From IMG/VR virus record IMGVR_UViG_3300001683_000016, positions 1-64,000 of that record: a stretch of DNA of 64,000 nucleotides; one strand, written 5' to 3'. This DNA comes from a virus. Below, piece by piece: positions 10,113-19,747 of this stretch. The position numbers and the translations under genes are program-made. Numbering within the stretch: position 1 is the stretch's first letter; each line of letters begins with the position of its first letter. The notes below the pieces were generated by a model, which saw only the letters and a program-made list of their open reading frames with translations, was not told the origin of the DNA and made no database searches.

Positions 10113-12542
10113 TCACCAATGCTTTTTGGGTATAGCCGCTCCTATGGCTGCTTCAATATCCCAATCTAATACGCTATATATGTTCTTAATTTTTCTTGTG
10201 ATGAATTTATCGACACATGTATGGTGGTCAATGACAAAATCATCAATCTCATCTACTGACCTAAAGCCCACTACGTTAGTATGAACCATACCGTCAGGTG
10301 ATGCTTTCGTGTAGACCCATTGTAGACTATCTCCCACCTTGAAAGGCTCTCTAGGGTTGATGTACTCGTTGTAATAGTAAGCACCTCTCACCGCCATAGG
10401 AGGTACACGTACGTAATCTTTCTTGCCTATACGACCATATGGTGCTAGTTCATCAACGCCTCTTTCGCCTTTCATTACGGAAAGTGCAATTGGTCTAATG
10501 AATGATGTAACTTCTTCTTCTTCAGAACCTGTACCTATCATCTTGAATATCTGTCCCTGTACTTCCTTTGTGATTGGAGAGACGCTTGACGCTTTATATG
10601 AAAAGCCAGTAACCTTCAACTGTCCCTTCTTTTCTTCAGGCCACACAAATATACCAAAGTTCTGATTCTTTACATCTGCGGTTAACCAATAGTCGAAATA
10701 TGCCTCTAGTTCAATTTCCATACTTGGTAAATCGTATTTATTACGTATCAGTTTATTCAGATTATCAATATGAGTTTCTGCTTCATCAAAAGGAATTTGA
10801 ATATAGCCTGAATCTGTATGTCCAGCAAGTGCTCTATAACCCGCTTTCTCGCTCTCAAGTAGTAGCGTGTTAATACACTCCCTACCATAATATGTAATTG
10901 TTGAGCCTATGTCGGGGTCAATCCAACCCCCACCAATTTTCTTTTGGGATACATACCCGTACGCGGCGTTGGTCGCCACTTTGATGGCAGTTTGCATCAT
11001 ATCATATTGCAATTTTTCTTCATCAGTTTTGGCTGCTTTTAATAGCCTTTTATATTCTGCTCTAAGTTCCAACATACTTGAAATGATAGTTGGTAACACC
11101 CCTTTCTCTCTAGTCCAATGTGTACCATTGGGGACACTACGAATATCATCACCACCATGTCTACGTTTGGTAGTAGGACATAGATTCCCGTCTACGATAA
11201 TTATAGGATACATGGCCTTAAAATCCACACAAGCCACACCTTTGTGCCTTCCACCAACAGTATCGGGTACAGTAGCAGCCTTGTAGTCGTCTCTTTGTCT
11301 ATGAAAAGTTGTTAGTGCCTTCAAATCAGTTTCACGTGAAATTAAACCTCTAATATAATTAGATACATTACACGTACTCCTGAAAGATACACCGCAATGT
11401 TTCTGCATAGCAAGATGATATGGTATTGCTTTTACCTTCTCAGTACATCTACGAAGAAGGGTAGTATCTCGTACACAGTAATCAACAAACTCATCGAAGT
11501 TATCAACCCACCAAGTAAATACATCAGCATCCATCTTAGAGCCTTCTTCACCAAACTCTTTGTCTAATTCCAAATCTTCTGCGATAGTAGCCAACTTCTT
11601 GTTTCTGAATTGCCCCCTACCGCTCTTTTGCCACATGGCTTCTAAGCCACTACCTTTCTCCCAAGAGAGTGCAGTATCGTAGCATAATCTACCTAGTATT
11701 GGCTGACTGTTCTCCCTGTATCCATTTTTCTTATGAGGTCTTATTACTTGTCTGACAGGACTAAGCCTCTCGGAATCATTACCCAACCTTCTAATTAACT
11801 GCGGTAAGTCAGCCCACATTAAGGCATGAGCAACTAACATATCGGGGTCACATTTCTCCAAGTGCTCTAGGAATCCAGTGAGCATGTCCTCCTCATTGCT
11901 GTAGACATAGAGCATGTATCCGCCTTCTCTATCTATGTGGTTGACGAAGGGATGCAAGTCTGTGTATTCTACACCATCCCGTTGGAGCACTTTACAAACA
12001 TCGTGGTTATTTTTAGACCAAGCGAAAATAACAGGTTCATCTGCATGAGTGTCGTCTATTGCAATCATGGTGATTGCACCTTCATGGGGACACCCTTCGG
12101 GTTGCCACTCCATATCGAAGTACCAAATTCTCGGCTCAAACAAAGGTATCTTGCTAGTATCAGGATACATATGTCTGATTAACACATCATTGTAATTTAT
12201 ATCGGCTTCATAAGTCTTTATTTCATTCCTAATATCGTACAATTGTGCAGGGTTAGGAACATCGAAGCGCATTAACTCGATACCGTCTAAACCGGTAGCG
12301 GTAATATCGTACCTGACTCTAGTGCCCGGATATCTAGCAGTAACTCTACTTAATCTTCTAGGATGTGTGTGGGCATTAACCCAACAATGAGACGTTATGT
12401 ATGTATTAAAATCAATATCTGTATCATTAGGGTCTATTGTTAATTCAACTAAAGCACCGTCAGCGCCTCTATGCCTCATATAGACATGAGGTTTGCCTAC
12501 TCCCTCCCATTCATCTTCAGGATAGTAGTAGTCGATTATCAT
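10113..12542 (-). CDS. polB: family B DNA polymerase
   Basis: Exonuclease FDMEW, YDT, YCVRD; polymerase DFKAMYP, KxxxNAAYG, GHTDS; likely start MIIDYY at 12542. Confidence 0.95.
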   Translation of the reverse strand: MIIDYYYPEDEWEGVGKPHVYMRHRGADGALVELTIDPNDTDIDFNTYITSHCWVNAHTHPRRLSRVTARYPGTRVRYDITATGLDGIELMRFDVPNPAQLYDIRNEIKTYEADINYNDVLIRHMYPDTSKIPLFEPRIWYFDMEWQPEGCPHEGAITMIAIDDTHADEPVIFAWSKNNHDVCKVLQRDGVEYTDLHPFVNHIDREGGYMLYVYSNEEDMLTGFLEHLEKCDPDMLVAHALMWADLPQLIRRLGNDSERLSPVRQVIRPHKKNGYRENSQPILGRLCYDTALSWEKGSGLEAMWQKSGRGQFRNKKLATIAEDLELDKEFGEEGSKMDADVFTWWVDNFDEFVDYCVRDTTLLRRCTEKVKAIPYHLAMQKHCGVSFRSTCNVSNYIRGLISRETDLKALTTFHRQRDDYKAATVPDTVGGRHKGVACVDFKAMYPIIIVDGNLCPTTKRRHGGDDIRSVPNGTHWTREKGVLPTIISSMLELRAEYKRLLKAAKTDEEKLQYDMMQTAIKVATNAAYGYVSQKKIGGGWIDPDIGSTITYYGRECINTLLLESEKAGYRALAGHTDSGYIQIPFDEAETHIDNLNKLIRNKYDLPSMEIELEAYFDYWLTADVKNQNFGIFVWPEEKKGQLKVTGFSYKASSVSPITKEVQGQIFKMIGTGSEEEEVTSFIRPIALSVMKGERGVDELAPYGRIGKKDYVRVPPMAVRGAYYYNEYINPREPFKVGDSLQWVYTKASPDGMVHTNVVGFRSVDEIDDFVIDHHTCVDKFITRKIKNIYSVLDWDIEAAIGAAIPKKHW

Positions 12543-12709
12543 GCCAATCCACCAGCCATGTATTCTTCGCAAAGCATTTCTTTCACCCATTCGTATTGTT
12601 CCATCACTGTTTCTGCCTCATCGTGTTCGTTGTTATCAGTCAAACGCTCATACTGTTTTCCAAGTTTGAACAACCGCTTTAGTGCCATGCTAAACGCTTG
12701 AGGTTTCAT
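12539..12709 (-). CDS. hypothetical 56-aa protein; not in the ORF track
   Basis: MKPQAFSMALKRLFKLG...GGLA*, ATGA overlap with polB. Confidence 0.55.
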   Translation of the reverse strand: MKPQAFSMALKRLFKLGKQYERLTDNNEHDEAETVMEQYEWVKEMLCEEYMAGGLA

Positions 12710-12714
12710 TCATC

Positions 12715-13482
12715 TCACTCCTGTTGGTCTATGATTATCAATAGTCGCTTTACCATGTTATCTGATTGTATTACTACTAGCCCTGTGGAATCACCAAAGT
12801 GTATCTTAGATACCATTTTTTGATTTACCAAGCCTAGACATGGTAGTAACCAAGCGCCGAAACTAGACGATACTGAATGTTTTGGCCCCTCGGTGTCTCT
12901 CATGCTACTTGTTGCAAATAACTTCACATCGTGTGCTTTACCTACAGATATCGTGAGTTCAGATGAGTCTGCATCAGCCGTCATCTTGAAGTCAGAATCT
13001 TTATTGATTATTGACTTTAATGTTGCTAATTTTAGTATGTCCGTCATTTGTGTCTTACCTTCAAACGTAAAGGTATCTTGACCAAAAGATTTCCAATCAG
13101 CCTCTTCTGCCTTCACTACTAACTTTTCAAAGGTAGGTACTAATTGACTACTTTTCATATCGGTAACAGGCAGATTCATTTTCATGTTACCACTTGTTAC
13201 ATACAGAGTCTTGCCACCTTTTACTTGCTTAATGGTGACGAGACCTGCACACTTGTTTATGAAAGCACAAGTCTTGCCTAAATCAGAGACATTTAGCATA
13301 CCTGCTTTTGCAGGTGCATCGGGATATTGATAATACACTTTCAAGAAATGTGTTTGATATGCGCTACTATAGCCTATACACGTAGGCTTCTCCATGATAT
13401 TAATACTCAAATCATTGATGTTAGCATCAAACTGACTCAAATGGGTTAACCATTCTTTCTTGTCAAGTGTAATCTGTGCCAT
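12715..13482 (-). CDS. pcn: probable PCNA-like sliding clamp
   Basis: 255 aa with a two-domain beta/alpha pattern; lies between polB and RFC; sequence divergent. Confidence 0.65.
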   Translation of the reverse strand: MAQITLDKKEWLTHLSQFDANINDLSINIMEKPTCIGYSSAYQTHFLKVYYQYPDAPAKAGMLNVSDLGKTCAFINKCAGLVTIKQVKGGKTLYVTSGNMKMNLPVTDMKSSQLVPTFEKLVVKAEEADWKSFGQDTFTFEGKTQMTDILKLATLKSIINKDSDFKMTADADSSELTISVGKAHDVKLFATSSMRDTEGPKHSVSSSFGAWLLPCLGLVNQKMVSKIHFGDSTGLVVIQSDNMVKRLLIIIDQQE

Positions 13483-13739
13483 TATTTATTCACTTCCTTC
13501 AACTTTAGCAATTCACGGTAATATTTTGTGGATATTCGGTGCCTTTCGCTTATGGCTCGGCGGGTGATGTTATTCCACAAAGCCCCGCACTCAATACAAA
13601 GGATAGCGGTTGATAACTCACGTTCAAGTCTATCATAAACAGGGTATTCTTCAACCATTTCAGAAGCACAATTGAAACAATTATCCATGCCCTCATCAAT
13701 GTTATTCTCTACATACAGATATTCCATTTTATCACTCAT
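13482..13739 (-). CDS. Zn-ribbon protein
   Basis: CFNC...CIECG. Confidence 0.6.
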   Translation of the reverse strand: MSDKMEYLYVENNIDEGMDNCFNCASEMVEEYPVYDRLERELSTAILCIECGALWNNITRRAISERHRISTKYYRELLKLKEVNK

Positions 13740-13743
13740 TCAA

Positions 13744-14469
13744 TCACAGCCTTTGTAGTTCAGGTAATCCAATCCAAGATGGTGCTTTACCTTGTTCTGT
13801 AATTAGTATAGTACTACGCTGTCCTTGTAATGTAGCATCCGTCTTAGACTTCTCAAAGGTAGCCGTAAACTCAGAACGTGTTGGTCTGCCATTATCGTCA
13901 AACGTATCCTCTCGCCTACAATGTACAATCTGATACATGTAGCCTGCACTAGTTTTCTCCCATGCAGGTTGCCCTTCACTAGATGTAATCTTACCATCTT
14001 TGCCGTATACGTCTTTCAAATGTGTTTCCCAAAAGACATTCACCCCTCTCTTTACAAGAGCACGTGATAATGCGGTTAGTTGATGGAATCTTGTTGCTCG
14101 TATACTCCAGTCCCATTTCGATTGAACTCTTTTGTTAACTCCTTGTCCGCGATTGTCTGCCGCTTCGATACCGTCTTTAGATAATCCCAAATCGCTGATA
14201 CGCATACAGTTGGTCGCCACGGAATCCCACAAATCTATACCTGTTACCAATACACCCCACAGTTCCTCATGAGAGTCTAAAGCGAATTGCATAATCTTAA
14301 TTGTACGGTCATGTGTAGCCGGATAATCATAGGCTGTTCTATCGCTTTTGTTCATCACCCAAGGTTCCCAACACTTGATATTATCATTATCAGGATAATA
14401 TGCTGACTTGGTAGCAGAGCCACCTGTATCAAAATCCACTATCCATAATTGTTTAGGCTTATCACTCAT
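13744..14469 (-). CDS. RecA/Sak4-like ATPase, C-terminal part
   Basis: WIVDFDTGG, VLVTGID (Walker B-like), WETH, FEKSKT; own RBS GGGGTGA. Confidence 0.65.
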   Translation of the reverse strand: MSDKPKQLWIVDFDTGGSATKSAYYPDNDNIKCWEPWVMNKSDRTAYDYPATHDRTIKIMQFALDSHEELWGVLVTGIDLWDSVATNCMRISDLGLSKDGIEAADNRGQGVNKRVQSKWDWSIRATRFHQLTALSRALVKRGVNVFWETHLKDVYGKDGKITSSEGQPAWEKTSAGYMYQIVHCRREDTFDDNGRPTRSEFTATFEKSKTDATLQGQRSTILITEQGKAPSWIGLPELQRL

Positions 14470-14726
14470 TCTTTCACCCCTGTAAAGTCTGTTAATTTCG
14501 TCTGTTTACTTGTTTCAAAAGTATCGCAGTATCTCTGATAGAAATCAAAAATTATTGCACTCTTACCGGTATTTTCATGACCTATTAAGGCCATGAATAT
14601 ATGTGTCTTAGGTTGATTAGCGTTCACATCAGCCAATTCAGTCCTTAAGTCAGCAAACGGGTCAGCCGCAGGGGCTTCCGCTAACTTCTCAACTTTCTTA
14701 CTCTCTCCAAATCCAGCCATACTCAA
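14466..14726 (-). CDS. RecA/Sak4-like ATPase, N-terminal part (Walker A)
   Basis: ALIGHENTGKS P-loop; stop about 30 codons later, overlapping the next ATG. Confidence 0.65.
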   Translation of the reverse strand: MSMAGFGESKKVEKLAEAPAADPFADLRTELADVNANQPKTHIFMALIGHENTGKSAIIFDFYQRYCDTFETSKQTKLTDFTGVKE

Positions 14727-15004
14727 ACTTCCTCTTCAGCCGCATCTGCTTCTGCTTGTGCTTCTGATTGTGTAGACCTGTTAACTTCGGCTACATCACT
14801 ACGCAATTTGTTTAGAGCCATATTAACTTCGTTAGCAAATGACTCTAGTAGTCTAATACTAACTAATCTCTCACTCGACACCTTTTGTACCTGCATAGCC
14901 TCTGCGTAAAGCGTATTGTATTGCTCTACAAGGCTCACATTGTTCGATGTAACTGTCTCCAATTCTTCTTCTAATTCTTTTTTCGTTTTCTTTTTATCTG
15001 TCAT
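14723..15004 (-). CDS. coiled-coil hypothetical protein
   Basis: Heptad-rich 93-aa ORF. Confidence 0.6.
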   Translation of the reverse strand: MTDKKKTKKELEEELETVTSNNVSLVEQYNTLYAEAMQVQKVSSERLVSIRLLESFANEVNMALNKLRSDVAEVNRSTQSEAQAEADAAEEEV

Positions 15005-15015
15005 TTTTATTCACC

Positions 15016-16341
15016 TTATTCAAATTGTGAAGAATCGGTATCCCCACCACCGACTCTTCTAATTGCTCTTGATGGATTTGTATATACTCCGAATACACTG
15101 AGTTGCGGTTGACTTATTCCGTCTTGCACTCTCATCTTCAATCGTCCATATACTAATACAGAACTCTTTTCTCCGTATCCCCATAATTCATCATCTATAT
15201 CCTTGAAGTGGAAAGGGCTTGCTATATCATTACAAGAGCCGCTAACCCAACATGGAATTTCACTCATTCTTCCTTTACCGTGTTGATTTTGTAGGTTTAA
15301 GGAAGAAACTGCGAGGCTAAAGTTCCGTCCAGTCTCATCCCAATCACTAGGTTTACCTTCAGTAGACATTCTCATCACGCTTCCACGTACAATTATATCA
15401 GGTCCAACCGTACCATCATTACCATCTCTACCTGTGAAGTGTCTCTTACCAGCATTGTATGCTTCTTCTAGGTCTGTTAGGTTAACATATGCATCGCCCA
15501 TGTAGTCTTCATTAGTCCACATTTTGAAAGGTTGTAGATGATGTCTAAGATGTTCAGGACACCAATCATCGGTGTATTTAATCGTCTCAGAAAAATTGTA
15601 GTTAGTGCTGAGTACATCTTGGAATGCTTCACTCTTGGTATTAGGTAGTCTTACTTGTATAGATACAGGTACACCCACGTTTATCTTCATATTTCTATTA
15701 TCATTAGTTAGGTCTACTCTCCAAAATTGTAAGTCACCATCTAAGAACTTCTTTGGTTCGTTACCGAAGAATCTGTAATATCTACCAATTCTTTCAGGTG
15801 GATAAGGTCTACCTGCTTTACTTAGTAAACAAATCCAGTCGTCTCCTACTTCAATACCCATAGTTGGGTCTTCGTCAGCCTTATCTGTTGTCACTAAAGC
15901 GCCATTAGACGTATTGATTGCCCACACGCCATCTTCTGTGTAATAATGTCCTACAACGCCGTCTGACATAGCGGAATTAGGGTCTTCTGTCCATTTTGAG
16001 GTTGCATTTCTAACCGACCAGCCGTTTCTGTCTGCTGATTTATCTTCTACACCCATCCAGTGCCCTACTAAAGTAACTGTATCTCCGCCACCACCGCTTA
16101 TGTTTGTACTCCTATCTTCAATGTACATTCCTTCTGCCCAATCCACGAGTAAGTCTGCATCTTCAGCAGTCCAATCAGTACAACTCCATGTGTCAGCAAT
16201 GTGTTTGATGTATGCTTCAATAACTTTCTCCACAGTTTCACCGGTTCTCTTCGCTTGCATTTTGAAGCGTAACATTACTTCCTCAGGCCATTCGTCTTTC
16301 TTTTCTTCCCGTTTCTTAAACGGATTTTGTTCTTCATTCAT
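15016..16341 (-). CDS. probable RPA-like ssDNA-binding protein (OB folds)
   Basis: OB-like strands (IIVRGSV, VLVYGRLK, SVFGVY), acidic tail; lies between RFC and the recombinase. Confidence 0.55.
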   Translation of the reverse strand: MNEEQNPFKKREEKKDEWPEEVMLRFKMQAKRTGETVEKVIEAYIKHIADTWSCTDWTAEDADLLVDWAEGMYIEDRSTNISGGGGDTVTLVGHWMGVEDKSADRNGWSVRNATSKWTEDPNSAMSDGVVGHYYTEDGVWAINTSNGALVTTDKADEDPTMGIEVGDDWICLLSKAGRPYPPERIGRYYRFFGNEPKKFLDGDLQFWRVDLTNDNRNMKINVGVPVSIQVRLPNTKSEAFQDVLSTNYNFSETIKYTDDWCPEHLRHHLQPFKMWTNEDYMGDAYVNLTDLEEAYNAGKRHFTGRDGNDGTVGPDIIVRGSVMRMSTEGKPSDWDETGRNFSLAVSSLNLQNQHGKGRMSEIPCWVSGSCNDIASPFHFKDIDDELWGYGEKSSVLVYGRLKMRVQDGISQPQLSVFGVYTNPSRAIRRVGGGDTDSSQFE

Positions 16342-17362
16342 TTTTATTACCTCTGTTTACTTGTTTTCTCATTTTTGATACCATCCAATCTAGGAAGGAG
16401 TAATCGTCACCCGGCCATGTGTATCTGTGTGTCATAGAATCTCCGTATACCGCCATGATGTCCCATATCATTTCCAATGTATCCTCATCTTCAAAATGAG
16501 AATAAATGTTGCTATAAAAGCCATTGAGTACTGCTGGGAGTGTTCTGCCGGATTTGAGTTGTCCATGAAGGTTTCGTCTTAAATTGAACCATTCGTTGTT
16601 AATTGCATATGCTATCGAATCTTCTGCACTAGATGCTTCAAATATGTTCACACGCTCTTCTAGGTCAGCGAGGTCTATTGAATCGAGGAACATGATAGTC
16701 GCTCTCATATCACCGTTCATGAGTTCGACAAGGGTTTCTAACAACGGCATTAGTGCTTCATCGTGGGGAACTATTCCTATTGTCAGTCTATACTTAGGCG
16801 CGAATATCGCTCGTAATCTATTTGCAGCGGCTTCCGGTGACACAGGGGGGAATGCATAGACGGTACATCGTGAGCGTATAGCAGGTCGTATCTTCTCAAT
16901 CTCATTACACGTGAGTATGACCATTGCATTGTCAGCATACTTCTCTATCAACTGGCGCATAGCATCTTGTGCTGCCGGTGTAAGGCCGTCTGCCTCATCT
17001 AGTAGGATTATCTTCCTATTAGCACCTATTCCAGCACTAGTTAAATTTTTAGTTCTCATAGCAGTCTTGAACGAGCCTCTAATGAAATCAATACCTCTAT
17101 CATCACTTGCATTACTTTCAATAAAGTTATGACAGTTGAAGTCGTTACCAAGAAATGTGCGTGCTATTACATAAGCAGCACTAGTCTTACCTGTACCGGG
17201 AGGTCCATGAAACAATAATGCCTGTGGTAATGCAGCCTGCGGCTGACCCGATTGCCCAGTTTGGTATTCGTGGGAATACCAAGAATTTATATCTGCCTTG
17301 AGGTCATCTAGCCCCACCATCTCGTCCATTGTTGTTGGTCGAGCCGACTCTACGAATTTCAT
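16334..17362 (-). CDS. rfcS: replication factor C small subunit (clamp loader)
   Basis: RP...E, GPPGTGKT, NASDDRGID, LDEAD, AQDAMR, SRC, GDMR. Confidence 0.93.
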   Translation of the reverse strand: MKFVESARPTTMDEMVGLDDLKADINSWYSHEYQTGQSGQPQAALPQALLFHGPPGTGKTSAAYVIARTFLGNDFNCHNFIESNASDDRGIDFIRGSFKTAMRTKNLTSAGIGANRKIILLDEADGLTPAAQDAMRQLIEKYADNAMVILTCNEIEKIRPAIRSRCTVYAFPPVSPEAAANRLRAIFAPKYRLTIGIVPHDEALMPLLETLVELMNGDMRATIMFLDSIDLADLEERVNIFEASSAEDSIAYAINNEWFNLRRNLHGQLKSGRTLPAVLNGFYSNIYSHFEDEDTLEMIWDIMAVYGDSMTHRYTWPGDDYSFLDWMVSKMRKQVNRGNKNE

Positions 17363-17371
17363 GGCTCATAT

Positions 17372-17396
17372 TTCATTCTTTGTTTAAGTAGTCAAT
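17372..17396 (-). promoter_or_regulatory. conserved promoter motif
   Basis: Exact copy; rfcS ATG follows closely (leaderless-type spacing). Confidence 0.8.
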
Positions 17397-17829
17397 CCGT
17401 TTTATCGTACGAGAGCATGTCTCTTTCTGTATCATAAGCCTCTACCCACAATAGAAAATTATCCCAATCCTTAGGTAACGTATTATCAACAACCCAAGAC
17501 AGCATATGCCAGCCCATGCGGTCAGACAGTGCAGAACGTATACCATACATATTCTCTAATTTATCTAATAGAACTAGCCACTTGAAAATATCATCTTGAC
17601 TGTAATAATTTTCCTTTAGTTCCATACCAAAGGGAGAAAGAAACTTCTCCACACAAGATTGTTGGATGTATGTACCGCTAGAGAATAGAGAGCGCCAACC
17701 TATTTGTTTCTTCACTCGCATACCTAATTTAGAATCACTTCTATTTTCCACCCACGTTTTCATACGTAGTTCAGATACTATAATGCCTAAACCCATCCAC
17801 TCTTCTCTTCTATCCACTTCACTATTCAT
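17392..17829 (-). CDS. hypothetical protein
   Basis: 145-aa ORF coupled to the ligase-like gene. Confidence 0.6.
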   Translation of the reverse strand: MNSEVDRREEWMGLGIIVSELRMKTWVENRSDSKLGMRVKKQIGWRSLFSSGTYIQQSCVEKFLSPFGMELKENYYSQDDIFKWLVLLDKLENMYGIRSALSDRMGWHMLSWVVDNTLPKDWDNFLLWVEAYDTERDMLSYDKTD

Positions 17830-19090
17830 TTACTACACCTACCAAATCTACATACTGTGCTATATCCGATATACCCATATCGTTATCTATTTCTACAAAC
17901 GATGAGGCGCTTAAAGTATCAGTACGTCTGTCCATAAATGGTGAAGATACACGTATAACTATACAAATATCTTCAGGTATTTCTTTCCACCTATTTACTT
18001 CTTCTGTATTAGCACCAAGTATTCTTTCAATATCGTATGTTATAGAACCTTTTTCTGAGGGTATATGAACTCCACAGAAACCTACGTCCACAAACTCGTC
18101 TATTCCATCTATTGCTTGTAGTTTTATATCTAATACATCACCATGCCTATACGCCGCTAACCTAAGATTATGAATGTGAGATTGTTTTACTAAAACATAA
18201 CCTCCGTATTCTGTTGGAGAGAAAGCGCCGGTATTTGGAAAGCGTACAGTATCCTTCTGTTTGATTATTGCATCCCAAGATGGGGTAGTCATAGGCCACG
18301 CCATTTCGTCGCTATGCGTTTCAGCATACTTACTGAATCTTTTCTTTAGAGACAGTTGCGGGTGATTCGGATAGGCAACATCGGTTATGACATTACCTGC
18401 CCTTTCTATTATGATGTTTTCTTCTTTATTATATTCAACACTCACCGCGCCGCCGTTAGGTATAGATTGGTAAACTTCTATGTCTACGGATTTATGTTTA
18501 CTCCATGGTATCCATCTACGTTTCCTTAACGCTGCCGTAGGTTTCTGATACCACAACTTAGGATTATACAATAGATTCTCGTCAGTATATATCGCATTAA
18601 TGATTTCTCTATCAGTAAGGAATCTTCTACTCGCCGCTATGATGTCGGGACTAATATTAGTGTCTAAATTTTTTAGAAACTTAAGAGTGGATATGGGGTA
18701 CTGCTCACCTATAGTAGATGCCCAAAAGAGTTTAGCGTCTATCTCACTCATCTGTTTACTCAACGCTAAGAAAGAATAATCACCCGCTATAACAGCGTCT
18801 CGCGTCTTGAGTATATCTTCTAAACTCCACAAACATGGATTAGATGCACTACTCTCTGATGCTAACAGTAGTGACACCCTTCTGTCTAATAATTCTAAAA
18901 GAATCTCATAAGGCACTTCTAATTCAATTGCCACTTTAGATAATACTTTTCTTTCGGTCAAGGTTTCTTTAGGGAATAACACATCATATGCTTGTTGTGC
19001 GGTCGCTTTGTCCTCAAACTGTAAAGCACTTAGGCATCTATTTCCTAAGCGACTTCTTTCCCAAGCGTTCGCTAAATCCGTATACCGCAT
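17822..19090 (-). CDS. degenerate ATP-dependent DNA ligase-like protein
   Basis: Ligase-like helical N-terminus (MRYTDLANAWE...LFP) and OB-like C-terminus; no KxDG motif seen. Confidence 0.4.
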   Translation of the reverse strand: MRYTDLANAWERSRLGNRCLSALQFEDKATAQQAYDVLFPKETLTERKVLSKVAIELEVPYEILLELLDRRVSLLLASESSASNPCLWSLEDILKTRDAVIAGDYSFLALSKQMSEIDAKLFWASTIGEQYPISTLKFLKNLDTNISPDIIAASRRFLTDREIINAIYTDENLLYNPKLWYQKPTAALRKRRWIPWSKHKSVDIEVYQSIPNGGAVSVEYNKEENIIIERAGNVITDVAYPNHPQLSLKKRFSKYAETHSDEMAWPMTTPSWDAIIKQKDTVRFPNTGAFSPTEYGGYVLVKQSHIHNLRLAAYRHGDVLDIKLQAIDGIDEFVDVGFCGVHIPSEKGSITYDIERILGANTEEVNRWKEIPEDICIVIRVSSPFMDRRTDTLSASSFVEIDNDMGISDIAQYVDLVGVVNE

Positions 19091-19383
19091 TAAACCAGTA
19101 AGTGACCGTGGGCGGCTATCCACTTATTTGGGTTTGGTTTTGTGCCAACGCCAAATAACTCCATAGTTATCTTTTCTACTTTCTCCACGCTGATACCTGT
19201 GTGTCCTTTCTTGGCATACAAATAGAGGCAGTCGATAATCAATCTTTTATCTCCTCTGACATTAGACCAATCAGAGTCTAATCTTATTTTAGTATAAGAA
19301 ATAATTGCTTTGTTTATGTCTAAAGGTTTCATTCCAAATGATATTCCGAGAGCAAATATGTCTTTCTCTCTCATTCCACTCAC
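19090..19383 (-). CDS. single cyclin-fold protein resembling one TFB/TFIIB repeat
   Basis: KAIISY...VRGDKRLIIDCLYLYAK..GISVEKV resembles the TFB repeat RGRS...AACLYIACR..RTL.EI. Confidence 0.45.
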   Translation of the reverse strand: MSGMREKDIFALGISFGMKPLDINKAIISYTKIRLDSDWSNVRGDKRLIIDCLYLYAKKGHTGISVEKVEKITMELFGVGTKPNPNKWIAAHGHLLV

Positions 19384-19694
19384 CTTTCATCATAAAAGAA
19401 ATGGTATACTTCACTCCATATGTTTGTATATACGCTATGTAATTTTTTATCTACTACCGAGTTTTTGAAATTAGGATAACTAATTTCCATTAATCTTTCT
19501 GATATCACGTTTGCTACATGTTCTCTTTCTATGTAAGCACGATAAGGATAATCTGCTGTCTCAATCTTAAATAAATCACATTCAGGAAACACATTCAACA
19601 GATGCTTCTCTGACCTAGCCCTCACTAACAGCGTTTCCTCATCGTTCAAATTCTCTACTATACTTAACCATCCATCGTTAAATGCTATCCACAT
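19380..19694 (-). CDS. conserved phage hypothetical protein
   Basis: MWIAFNDGWLSIV...LLVRAR...DYPYRAYI...YPNFK; start moved downstream of the promoter. Confidence 0.65.
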   Translation of the reverse strand: MWIAFNDGWLSIVENLNDEETLLVRARSEKHLLNVFPECDLFKIETADYPYRAYIEREHVANVISERLMEISYPNFKNSVVDKKLHSVYTNIWSEVYHFFYDER

Positions 19695-19716
19695 TTTATT
19701 CACTTCCTCTTCCTTT

Positions 19717-19740
19717 TTCATTCTTTGTTTAAGTAGTCAA
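19717..19740 (-). promoter_or_regulatory. conserved promoter motif
   Basis: TTGACTACTTAAACAAAGAATGAA. Confidence 0.8.
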
Positions 19741-19747
19741 GTTGCTT

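Noticed and set aside
10113-17362. Inteins or introns in polB, RFC or the ATPase
   Set aside because: Protein lengths are normal and I saw no intein or homing-endonuclease motifs
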